From the IMG/VR virus record IMGVR_UViG_3300036783_000080, positions 86,651 to 150,650 of that record: a stretch of DNA of 64,000 bases. The stretch is one strand, 5' to 3'. The notes under the pieces were generated by a model. That model was not told the DNA's origin and ran no database searches. It worked only from the letters and a program-made list of their open reading frames with translations. The translations under genes and the position numbers were made by a program. Position 1 is the first letter of the stretch. Each line of letters starts with the position of its first letter. Below, in pieces: positions 56,501-64,000 of the stretch. Source of the DNA: a virus (lineage: Duplodnaviria; Caudoviricetes).

Positions 56501-59500
56501 AATAGGTTGTATGCTCCATTATTAGAGCTGTTAATCATATCTGCAATATCCCAAGCAGATGGAGTCCAAGCTACAGCTCTATTTGTTTCAGAGAAAGTAA
56601 CGTTTTTCAACCAGTATCTATTGTCATCTGTTAGCTGTGTCGCACCATATACAAACGCTTTAAAATAAGCGGCTGCTGAGAGTGTTGCCTTTGTTTTGAA
56701 CTTTAGGGATATACGAGTCCAAGTATTTGCTTTTGCAACAGCGTCTTTTGAAATCATCTCAATACTATCGAATGCCCCATTATTATTTCCGTTATCAAAG
56801 AACCAGAAGTGCATTGGATTAGATTGAGTGATAGGTGTATCTTTACTGAACATCAACTCCATAGAATAAACATATTCAGTTGATGGTTTCAAGTCTGCGA
56901 AAGTAACTGTGTTCGTTGATGCGATTGAACCAACCGCTTCTAAAACAGATAGTCCCTCTTTCTGTACGATTTTTACAGATTTACCGCCATTTAAAACCCA
57001 ACCATTTAAAGTCTTGAAATTACCAGAGTTTCTGAACAAGTTATTGAAACCGTTCATCTGACTTCCGACTTGGTTGTCTACTTCCGTGCTGATTTGTCCC
57101 GTAACATCTTCAGGAGCTGGTGACCAATCAGTTGCTTTGTTACCAATCTCAATCTTGTACTCAGATAGTTCAACCGTTCCAGTCATGTCACGACACAGAG
57201 CATAAGATTTCACATCGTTTATTGTTTTGTCTGGGATTGAAAATGTTCCAGAGAATGTCGATAAAGAATAATCTGTGTTCAACTTGATTTGCGTGTCAGC
57301 TCTTGCTGTGTAATACCCAATAGTACCATCAGCGAACGTTACAGCCAGCTCATGACCAATATATTTGTTAGTTGTTCCAAACGCTGTAACTTTCCCTTTA
57401 AGCTTGAAGCTGATTGTTATCTCTTTACCTCTCATAAGAACTTTTGAATATTCAGCAAGCTTCATGAACTTTTGTGGATATCCAGATGTTCCTGGATTTG
57501 TCCAAGTTCCTGCATTGGAAGCTGTGTTCAACTCCATGTTACGTCCACCGACTTGCATATTGTCAAGCTTTTGTCCAACGTTACTAGCCATATCCTTAGC
57601 AGCCTGTGCTTCTGCCGCCGCCGCCTTTGCTGCCTCATCTGCTATTTGAGAGATACGTTGACGAAGTACGGAACGTGCTGTGTAAAGAGCTTTTGTTTTT
57701 GTTCGTAACGTTTCACCATTAACATCTTGCGTTGTCGATAAATCTGCGATGAAAGGAGTAATGAACTTTTCAGCGTCAGTATAAGCGGCTACATAGTTTG
57801 TTTTCTCAACGCCAACTTTGTATAATGTTGCTTCCGCTTCAAGACTTGGTTTCTCAGCAACTAAAGAATCCCACTCACGTTTCAACTCTGTTTTCTCCAT
57901 AGGAGTTAACTTGTTGTCACTAGAAATATCATCAAGAAGTTTATTTGCCTTCACTGCAGAGTCACTTGCATCTTTCGCTGCTTTTCCTGCTGTATCTGCC
58001 GCTGATTGAGCATCCTTCGCACTCTTACTAGCTTGGTTTACAGATTGGAAAAGGTTTCCTACAGAACCGACTTCATACAAGCCAAATCCCCAAGCAAACA
58101 TCTCAGAGTTCTTCTTAATGTCTTGTACATTGTAAGTTAAATAAACTTTTGGTTGAATCTTTACAGATTCACTATTCCAGAATTTGTCTTCATGGTCAGG
58201 CGTATAGGTACTTTGTGTTGTAACGTGACTGTTTGTTTCCCCAGCATCGTGAGGAGGAATTACAGCAAAGTGTTTCACCCATTTACCAGCCTTAACATCC
58301 TCTTCATTCGGCGTTCTTCCTGCAACAATGTATGGTCCATTTCCTTGGTCGTTAGGTGTTCCATCAGCTTTCGCTTCCTCACGTCCATAGTAGTAGATTG
58401 AGTTTATATCCAAAGCTTTTACATAAAATTCTAGTAGATATGTTTTCTTTGGATTTACGTCAATCCAAGGCAACATCCAACCAGTATTGTCAATCTTCGC
58501 CGCTCCTCCAATATGAATCTTTCTCAAAGCTCGTCCTTGAGAACCATCTGGCAGCGTTGTCAATGTCATTTCATAAGGAGTTGGAGGTGTGATAGTTTGC
58601 CAGTCACCAATCATGTTTGGAGATGATGACTTGACTTGGTTATACCAATCAGCCACTAACATGTTATTGTCAAATGTCTCTTTCGTAACACGAAGGTTGA
58701 TAGCCTCGGCTTGAACACGAATGTCGGCTTCACTCTTTGAAACTCGTGTTTCCATTCCTCCCATTTCTTCCGTGATGTCTCCTATCTGTTTCTTGAATAT
58801 CTCTTCTGTAACACGAATACTAACTTCCTCAGCTAGTGTTTTGATAGCCGATGTGTTGGTTTTAATACGAGTATCAATAGGAGCTAACTTTTCATCAGTC
58901 TTATCATTCGCATTCTGTTCTGCTTTGTTTGCTTTGTTCTGAGCAATGTTATCAATCGCCTTCTCAAAAGCCTTAGATAAAGCAGTTACAGAATTATTGT
59001 AATCATAGAAAGCCATGTCAACAGCATTAGCTTCACCATCATCTGTTTTTCCATCAGCGATAGCGTCATTAATTATCTTTATGAGGGAATCATAAGCACG
59101 TTGTTGGTCAGATTTACGTTGATACAACTCAAGCTTTGGCGTACCCATTAAGAAAGTGTTAGCATAGATTTCCGCATACTTTGCATCCATCTTTGCTTTC
59201 GATTCAGCAAGCGTGTTTAGGTATGCTTCAATTTTCTTCGCTTCCATCTCTGTGATAACTCCATCATGGAAAGCTCCTTTGATATAATTCTCAGTTTTCG
59301 TGATGTTTGTTTGTAAATCTCCTAAACTCTTATCTGTGTCTTTCTTAAGGTCGTCAGCATATTTCTTCGCTTCCTCAAGAGCTTTCTGTTGCTTAACTTT
59401 CCCAATCTCCTCAATACCAACTTCAATCGTAGCACCTACCAGAGATGTTGCGTTGTCGAACGAAGCAAACTTGTTCGTCACAGCTTGGATTTCTCCTGGG

Positions 59501-60525
59501 TCAGCTTTCTGGTCAGCAATTACTTGATTAATAGTTGTTACAAGGTCTGTATAATTAGCATCAAATGATTTCTTCGCCGCTTCCATATTTTTCTTGGCAT
59601 CTGCGGGAAGTTCTTCATTAGCATGAACGGAATCATAACGAGCATCAAATTGAGTTTTAGCAGTTTTGATTATATCAAGATGTTCCTTAATCTTCGCCAA
59701 CTCTGCATCGTAAATAATCCCATCTTTGAACGCTTCAAGTGTGTAGTCTTTCCCTGCTTGAACTTTTCCGTTCAGATTGGATAAATCTTCATTGAATAGT
59801 TTCTTTTGTTCTACGACAAAACGAGTAGCCTCAGTTGACACGTTGAGTAATCCCTCTTCAAATTCTTCCCTAGTAACACGAAGAGTGATTTCTTTATTTG
59901 TCTTTTTAATTTCAGCTTCATTCTGTACAACTCGTCTTGTTACTTCCCCAACAATTCCATCTGCATAATCTTTAGAGTTGTCTTCAGCTTGTTTTGCTTT
60001 CGCTGAACCAATTTCGTCAATGGCAATTTGTAATAATGAAGAAAGTAATGCCAAAGCTCCATGGAAATCTTCAAAGGCTTTGTCTGTTGCTTCAGACTCT
60101 CCTTCAGTTATCTTCCCATCTTCAATCGCTGATGTCAATATGTTGACAAGAGTTTTATATGATTCATCAAAGTTGAACTTAGCACTTTGAATGCTTTTCT
60201 TTCTCTCTGTTGGAAGCCAAGGATTGCTATATAATTCTTCATAGCGTTTGTCCAAATCTTCCTTTGTAAGTCTCAAAGTGTTTAAGTATGCTGCAATTTT
60301 AGCCGCTTCAACTTCAGTGATAATACCATCTTTGAATGCACCTTTAATATAATCTTCAGTATTGCCAAGAGCTGTATTGAGGTCTTTGACATCTTTATCC
60401 AAAGCGTTCTTAAGCTCATCAGCATATTTCGCAGCTTCATCAAGAATCTCTTCTTTGTCAACTCCACCGCCGATTCCACCAAGGTCTACCCATTTACCAC
60501 CCAAGCGTATCATCATCTTTGCCAT
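50590..60525 (-). CDS. giant modular tail fibre / receptor-binding protein (3311 aa)
   Basis: Helical repeats, multiple GGRN...DWSPAPED carbohydrate-binding-like modules, beta-rich C-terminus. Confidence 0.85.
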   Translation of the reverse strand: MAKMMIRLGGKWVDLGGIGGGVDKEEILDEAAKYADELKNALDKDVKDLNTALGNTEDYIKGAFKDGIITEVEAAKIAAYLNTLRLTKEDLDKRYEELYSNPWLPTERKKSIQSAKFNFDESYKTLVNILTSAIEDGKITEGESEATDKAFEDFHGALALLSSLLQIAIDEIGSAKAKQAEDNSKDYADGIVGEVTRRVVQNEAEIKKTNKEITLRVTREEFEEGLLNVSTEATRFVVEQKKLFNEDLSNLNGKVQAGKDYTLEAFKDGIIYDAELAKIKEHLDIIKTAKTQFDARYDSVHANEELPADAKKNMEAAKKSFDANYTDLVTTINQVIADQKADPGEIQAVTNKFASFDNATSLVGATIEVGIEEIGKVKQQKALEEAKKYADDLKKDTDKSLGDLQTNITKTENYIKGAFHDGVITEMEAKKIEAYLNTLAESKAKMDAKYAEIYANTFLMGTPKLELYQRKSDQQRAYDSLIKIINDAIADGKTDDGEANAVDMAFYDYNNSVTALSKAFEKAIDNIAQNKANKAEQNANDKTDEKLAPIDTRIKTNTSAIKTLAEEVSIRVTEEIFKKQIGDITEEMGGMETRVSKSEADIRVQAEAINLRVTKETFDNNMLVADWYNQVKSSSPNMIGDWQTITPPTPYEMTLTTLPDGSQGRALRKIHIGGAAKIDNTGWMLPWIDVNPKKTYLLEFYVKALDINSIYYYGREEAKADGTPNDQGNGPYIVAGRTPNEEDVKAGKWVKHFAVIPPHDAGETNSHVTTQSTYTPDHEDKFWNSESVKIQPKVYLTYNVQDIKKNSEMFAWGFGLYEVGSVGNLFQSVNQASKSAKDAQSAADTAGKAAKDASDSAVKANKLLDDISSDNKLTPMEKTELKREWDSLVAEKPSLEAEATLYKVGVEKTNYVAAYTDAEKFITPFIADLSTTQDVNGETLRTKTKALYTARSVLRQRISQIADEAAKAAAAEAQAAKDMASNVGQKLDNMQVGGRNMELNTASNAGTWTNPGTSGYPQKFMKLAEYSKVLMRGKEITISFKLKGKVTAFGTTNKYIGHELAVTFADGTIGYYTARADTQIKLNTDYSLSTFSGTFSIPDKTINDVKSYALCRDMTGTVELSEYKIEIGNKATDWSPAPEDVTGQISTEVDNQVGSQMNGFNNLFRNSGNFKTLNGWVLNGGKSVKIVQKEGLSVLEAVGSIASTNTVTFADLKPSTEYVYSMELMFSKDTPITQSNPMHFWFFDNGNNNGAFDSIEMISKDAVAKANTWTRISLKFKTKATLSAAAYFKAFVYGATQLTDDNRYWLKNVTFSETNRAVAWTPSAWDIADMINSSNNGAYNLLDGTAFDDMSPWGINPTYAKVETGIMPNGVKNAILTVGGTSGTYSDFVQRIPVEPNTEYTLSFNGGGTFSTFLWEKKADNTPTAVYMENKTNYSGKAFDMSSPRTDFGTTIRTQPDATFIQFIFRVTSNGTGSTSGRIGLIKLEKGSKATDWTPSVNDIRNMVNNIVIGGNNIIPNSVFKTLGKWRNWGTTGGTRTPGVAVDLAGFGTGFQFDAPAAGEYGYALDNVAVTQGETYTLSAWFKMSKDGIIKVQEGDSNVKWTMTSTPAVIGKWIRIVHTFVAKGSSTSIYIGQDGTSPASAGIATGVQLERGNKATDWSLATEDINDLISNTDKKAQESKDAIANMSSDSKLTPVEKVQLKKEWATMVAEKPQYESLATSFGITTEKNAFVTAYNTLNTILNTTPGYLKNMQATDDINGATFRGQFDDYYDKKAQLTKKINNVLQGNIDGIKVGGSNILRYTSFVPIKNWNGNPPVIENDFQGSASVTLKRTNFATGNPRAQLSQNVPSIPNTSVGSSYSISAWVYVDSSIAMTTTSDNNLAVRFYRKDNAAMSDKMSIDLSIIPKNTWTYVSASVTLDVEVKPNVEFMISLSQNGFMKMSRPQLEEGTRPSSWSPAPADIDELISGADKKAQDSKDAIANMSSDSKLTPVEKVQLKKEWSTMTAEKPQYEALANGFGITTEKNNFVTAYNTLNTNLNTTPGYLKNMQTTDDINGATFRAMFDDYYSKLAILTKKINETIQGNVDGINVGGRNLILESTFPITNSTDYLLRMYTLSENFIAGQEYTFMVKGTVPAGQKFGIWQNGGSTNVGYATTQYANGVYYVTFKAVATTAGNERKLSLYNVPQNTTQATVEWVALYKGNKPMDWSPAPEDITGLISNTDKKAQESKDAIANMSSDSKLTPVEKVQLKKEWATMVAEKPQYEALANSFAIGTEKTNYVNAYNTLNNVLNTTPGYLKNMQATDDINGTTFRGQFDDYYDRKAQLIKKINETIQGNVNNINVGGRNVLLGTGTPATIVGTNTTNQGLTIYNFAGGDSKVIIAAASYCVTFDWKIEGTPGGTMYLQGSNPWPVIADKITFSTSNTSGRYSAVKTMTGAPFTGVNIRLDNVPVGAKVTISNLKIETGNKATDWSPAPEDIDQQMIDGVIYMRGTGLNHTGNRILQVSGKTIYDATGRGLRLTALKKSDLSVVFDQTYDVYATPSDPIQVQVADKINSFATDMIITLTSQDAIAITKPELLQALQTIGGSGTPQNGRVPFALLGLKGLGTGAGIEVYGTTDAKLSSNSEIFTRVIKGVVQGINSGTGAVADRVAKAEATITNLGTEIDLRVSKTDFTGNTISSLINQTATTIKIKANQIQLEGYVTFDMIAGGTIKLGGANNVNGRMEIFDKNGESVGMLSAEDGGFSRLSIDYLTAKNVLQMTSQNHPNYRGGYVEIWVDGENGSNNASGVFGDPVRSIQEAINRLPKYLAHNVEIKIVPCFYSENLDISGFKGIGGIKLMPAHYNVRWARLSTTGTITSAGATGPASLYVRTLAAYTEDGVGMKFVSATSNMPGQPNMGPAAAIDDDWGTYTDLYGGVDGNRRYLTADLGKVYERVGSFTFWLSNHNGQAQTHKNVLLEVSEDNKTWRKVKEYPTWNATIAGYYGHFTMTGKITIRQCDDITIQNMFNDFSYNNAGGAIVESYSSKVIIRGSIMNGGANNEQVIFAHHSDFECHSSELNKAKNELIFCGYGTVATMTANTGGDAPYAYTAGTASHVSGWGSTPWGNSSYGRGINGGIINGDFSNDNRTKGVFTSSPPPPPPAQFQTITRTWTSYHCDSYGYFLGSSRWKPDEDVPLQGKYADYGQWKGCWFFPDDMWNTIYGGNVTEIQSVRVWVGRINGAGNGGNTDIFVRTHPHQSKPGGDPSMSSGVNMISLPRGGGGWVDLTGNNMDNFRINSKWARGIAVYAASDNTTYYAKMQNECYVEVTYKVKI
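53490..55555. repeat. three ~400-bp direct repeats within the fibre gene
   Basis: Approx. 53490-53910, 54250-54665 and 55140-55555, encoding KDAIANMSSDSKLTPVEKVQLKKEW...; diverged copy near 57550-57930. Confidence 0.85.
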
Positions 60526-60538
60526 TCACGTTCACCTC

Positions 60539-60721
60539 CTATTGTTCTAGTTTATTTAGTAGTTCATTCACTCTAGCAAGTTTGTCTTCTAACTCGTTGT
60601 TGAGTTCTTCAGACTTTGCAATATTTTCATCAAGTCTATCTTCTTTGTCTTTTTGTTCTTGTTCTGCTGGCGTTAATGAAAAAGTGATTCCACCGCTTCT
60701 ATGAACTTTCATGTTAGGCAT
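60539..60721 (-). CDS. small coiled-coil protein (60 aa)
   Basis: ORF track; RBS GGAGG. Confidence 0.7.
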   Translation of the reverse strand: MPNMKVHRSGGITFSLTPAEQEQKDKEDRLDENIAKSEELNNELEDKLARVNELLNKLEQ

Positions 60722-60758
60722 TGTAAACCCTCCCTGAATTTGTCTAATCTACAATATT

Positions 60759-60795
60759 AAAAAACGAGCAGACTCATTATATTGAGCCTACTCGC
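60759..60795 (-). terminator. intrinsic terminator
   Basis: GCGAGTAGGCTCA/TGAGTCTGCTCGT stem plus T-run. Confidence 0.75.
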
Positions 60796-60800
60796 TTGGG

Positions 60801-63800
60801 TTACTTAATTACATTTGTAAATTTACGAACTTTAGGACGTACAACAGAGCTTGGAGTCTTGATATTGATTCTAGCACGGAATTTACGTTTGTTTGGAGCA
60901 CTGAACTTATGTTCAAAAGTGATTCTGCTCCATTCACTAGAAATCTGTCTTGTTGAGACTTGAGGTGTTAAAGTCCAAGTCACTCCATCATCTAAGCTAT
61001 ACAATGCTTGAATCGTACTTCCTTGAGGAATGAACGCTTCAAACGTTTGTTTTACAGTTGTTACATCTTGTTCCAATTGAGTCATACGACTGACATATGA
61101 ACCTTCTGTTGCTGTTAAGAACCCTACAAGAGTAAAGCTATCTTTAGCAATCAGAGGTGACATGTTCGTGTCTGACTTGAATGTTGCTTTCAATCGAACT
61201 TTCGTTACAACTTTGTTTGTATCAATGTCTTTGTACTTCGTGATTGGAAGATATGGTTGGTCATCCAAACTAACTTCCCAAATACAACCCGTATTTTGAG
61301 GAGTCAAGAAGTCTGTTAATAATAGAATCTTATCCGCTGTGATGTCATAGATTGGGTCAAACTCAATTGTTCCAGTAGGCTCGAATTGAGCTGTATAAAC
61401 TTTAAATTTCAAGTTCATAGATTGGTGTGCTGTCCAAGCAAGTCCATTGGAAGAACTGAATAACATACCAGCTAAATAAGGTTGACGTGTAACCATGTTC
61501 CCAGTAGTTACATCTTTTCCTCCCAAGTCAGCTACGTGCATGGCATGTACAGCACTGTCTGTTAAGTAAACAACACTATATTGTTGGCCAGCTGTACACA
61601 TGATTGGGTCATCGAATGTTACTTTTGTTTCAGCAGTTGCGTTGTCACTAATGTTAAGCTGAGAAGGAGAAAGGACTTTCTCTGCATATACAACGTTCCC
61701 TGGGTAACCATTTACAGTATTACGAACTTGAACAAGTACGTTGTGAGATGAATCTTTAGCAGCAAAGTATGCTGAGATTGAAGTTACAACTGTTGCTTTG
61801 TCAAACTGGAATGTTTGAGCCAATGGGTCAACTACTTGTAATGTAATACGAGTACGGATAATTTTGTCAACAGTAGTTCGTTTAGTACCAATAGCAGTAT
61901 ATGGAGCCGCTGCTGTGTTAGATGCGTTTCTAACGATAACTTCACGTGTACCTGTACGAACGCCAGCAGGAATCATGAACTTCGCTTCTGTCACACCGCT
62001 ACTGTTTGATTTGACAGTTCCTGGGTTTGTTCCTGCTGAGTATCCAGTTAATGGAGTCAACGGAACACGGATTCCATCAAAGAAACATTCAAGGTTATCA
62101 GTGGCTGGGTCAATGTTTGAAGCTTTAATCTTGACTTCAATTTGACGCATGTTCGTGATTGCTTCAGTCATAACAGAAGTTGACTTTTCAGTCTTGATTG
62201 CTGTACCTGTTTGGTCAACCACTCCTGGCCACCATTCTGGTCTCCATTCTCCTACTGTTCCACCATTCTCCATTTCTAAGTCAAATAAGTCATCAACTTT
62301 ACCTTGTAATGATGGGTCTTCACCATGTCTCCACCAACGGTAGAAGTTACGTGCTTCAAACTTCGTTTCCTCTATGTTGATAAACTCATCATCAATCCAG
62401 TTGTCAACCTCTGGGTCTAACTTTAGAACACCCATCGAGTTGAAAGCCAGATATGGGTTGATTTTCATTGTCGTAGTCGCATAAGGTTGGTCAATCTCCG
62501 CAATCTCTTTTAAAGGAGCTGTGATGAGTCGTCCCCAAATTTTAGCGTTTGAACTTGTGACATTTACTGTTGGTTTTAAGGCTTTTGTATTTTTAGGTGG
62601 AAGCATAATCATTCCATCTTCTAAAGAGTACATAATAGAGAAATCAGGGTGTTCCAAGTCACCTTTCGATGGAGTACGGAAGCTGTCTGAGAATACGCCT
62701 TTTAAATCTGCAGGTGGCTCTCCTGCCATTGCCTCTCTATCAAGAGCAGTAATGGCTTGGTTGTACTCAACCTCTTCAAGTCGGTCATTCATACGTTGTA
62801 AATCTCCCATTTCTAAACGTGTAATGACTTTCGTTTTCGCTTGCGCATTACCACTATTAGGTGGGAAGTACACTGTACCAAGCATTAATTGGTTTGTGTC
62901 CGTTGATACAGGTGGCGTTACAAGTCGGTCAATGTTAGGTTGTCCAGTTATAATATTAACTTCACCTTTATTATCCATGCTGACTAAATCGACACGAGCC
63001 AAGAAGAACTCATAATCAACTGTATATTGAGAGTTTGGAACAGGAAGGTCAGCTGCTAAGAACTCAACGTAATCCTTTGTTTCTCCCCAAGCTCCTGTTT
63101 CTTGTGTTAACTTATAGTCAGTACCTAAAACCATTACTTTGTTGTAACGATATTTTACTGAATACGTTGAACCAATAGCTGGCTCTTGTCCACGGAATCC
63201 CCAGTCAACTCCATCTGAAGTTAATTGGTAATCTTGTCCCTGAACGTACGTTGTTGTTCCAGCTTTAACTTCCTGAATAGAAACAACAGGTGTTTTAGGA
63301 AGTTGGTCAATTCCATCGGCTACGCTACCACGAGTCATGTTTTGAGTTACTTCCACTTGAGCTACCAACTTTGTAATACGTTTAGCTGGGAAGTTATTCA
63401 AAGCATATTTCTTCGTTCCGCTTGAATAAATCTTTGGTTCATTCAACGCCGCTTTAACATCTTTTGAGATAGGAAGAGTTTTCTTCACTGGAGTCGGTTT
63501 AATGATTTGGTATCCAAGGATGTATGCTGTACCTGCTTCAACAGTTAATTGTACGTTATTAGCATCTTTTGGGTCAGCAACTAACTCTAAACCAATTACA
63601 CGATAGTTACCAGATTCATCATAAGTACGTTTAGCAAGAACTTCATTCAAGCTGTCGAAAGATGGTTTGGAAACAGCAACAACCAGTTGTTTATCTTCCA
63701 ACTCAAATATTGCTGGAGCATCAGCGTTGTTTAAAGTAAGAACTGGTTCAGACTTGATACGGTGAGAGCCAGGCTGTCCAAAGTTATCCATGTTTTGCGC

Positions 63801-64000
63801 AGGGTCACGAAGGCTGACATCTGTCTCCTCTGTAACAATGTACATATTTAACTTAATGCCTATAATTTCACGTCCTACACCTTTTAACTGGATTTCTTGA
63901 CGCTTAAACTCATGAATTCTTCCGTCTACATAAACACGTCCATCTTCCACAATCAATTTATTATCCTTTGTGATTGCAAAACTCATACCAGACGTAATAG
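60801..64000 (-). CDS. DUF4815-type baseplate/adsorption protein, 5' end outside window
   Basis: LAKRTYDESGNY, DPLAQTF, LFSSSNG motifs; frame is open to the window edge. Confidence 0.8.
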   Translation of the reverse strand, partial: ITSGMSFAITKDNKLIVEDGRVYVDGRIHEFKRQEIQLKGVGREIIGIKLNMYIVTEETDVSLRDPAQNMDNFGQPGSHRIKSEPVLTLNNADAPAIFELEDKQLVVAVSKPSFDSLNEVLAKRTYDESGNYRVIGLELVADPKDANNVQLTVEAGTAYILGYQIIKPTPVKKTLPISKDVKAALNEPKIYSSGTKKYALNNFPAKRITKLVAQVEVTQNMTRGSVADGIDQLPKTPVVSIQEVKAGTTTYVQGQDYQLTSDGVDWGFRGQEPAIGSTYSVKYRYNKVMVLGTDYKLTQETGAWGETKDYVEFLAADLPVPNSQYTVDYEFFLARVDLVSMDNKGEVNIITGQPNIDRLVTPPVSTDTNQLMLGTVYFPPNSGNAQAKTKVITRLEMGDLQRMNDRLEEVEYNQAITALDREAMAGEPPADLKGVFSDSFRTPSKGDLEHPDFSIMYSLEDGMIMLPPKNTKALKPTVNVTSSNAKIWGRLITAPLKEIAEIDQPYATTTMKINPYLAFNSMGVLKLDPEVDNWIDDEFINIEETKFEARNFYRWWRHGEDPSLQGKVDDLFDLEMENGGTVGEWRPEWWPGVVDQTGTAIKTEKSTSVMTEAITNMRQIEVKIKASNIDPATDNLECFFDGIRVPLTPLTGYSAGTNPGTVKSNSSGVTEAKFMIPAGVRTGTREVIVRNASNTAAAPYTAIGTKRTTVDKIIRTRITLQVVDPLAQTFQFDKATVVTSISAYFAAKDSSHNVLVQVRNTVNGYPGNVVYAEKVLSPSQLNISDNATAETKVTFDDPIMCTAGQQYSVVYLTDSAVHAMHVADLGGKDVTTGNMVTRQPYLAGMLFSSSNGLAWTAHQSMNLKFKVYTAQFEPTGTIEFDPIYDITADKILLLTDFLTPQNTGCIWEVSLDDQPYLPITKYKDIDTNKVVTKVRLKATFKSDTNMSPLIAKDSFTLVGFLTATEGSYVSRMTQLEQDVTTVKQTFEAFIPQGSTIQALYSLDDGVTWTLTPQVSTRQISSEWSRITFEHKFSAPNKRKFRARINIKTPSSVVRPKVRKFTNVIK

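Noticed and set aside
355-63425. Numerous + strand ORFs in the track (e.g. 13539-14006, 43259-43930, 62521-63015)
   Set aside because: Antisense shadows of well-supported minus-strand genes; Ser/Phe-rich, with no RBS or motifs

Overview
64 kb of a large, AT-rich Bacillus-type phage genome with SPO1/SP10-like myovirus organisation; almost all genes are on the minus strand. From right to left: (1) tail/baseplate genes: a partial DUF4815-type protein, a 3311-aa modular fibre and XkdW/XkdX-like genes; (2) a replication block: SF2 helicase, HTH replication protein, DnaB, SbcCD, primase, dUTPase, resolvase and NrdIEF; (3) an early regulatory operon with a gp28-like sigma factor; (4) a thymine-replacement/hypermodification locus: dUMP hydroxymethylase, 5-hmdU DNA kinase, aGPT-Pplase1-type transferase, HAD phosphatase, Nmad1 and HU/TF1; (5) family A DNA polymerase split by a group I intron carrying an HNH gene, then UvsY-like, SSB, RecA, a Tad2-like protein, 5'-3' exonuclease, ligase and a second sigma factor; (6) a VirB4/VirB2-like membrane ATPase operon; (7) accessory genes: nucleotidyltransferase, dCMP deaminase and a SAM-binding protein. 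The best candidate for a new system is the hypermodification locus. Its flanking 872-aa gene appears to fuse a second, divergent thymidylate-synthase-fold domain to a radical-SAM-like barrel lacking CxxxCxxC. Thirteen copies of a phage middle-type promoter (AGGAGA-N18-GTTTTATTA) were read directly, several embedded in RBS-sequestering hairpins. No tRNA, rRNA or CRISPR array was seen. All family assignments are from motif recognition by eye, not database searches.
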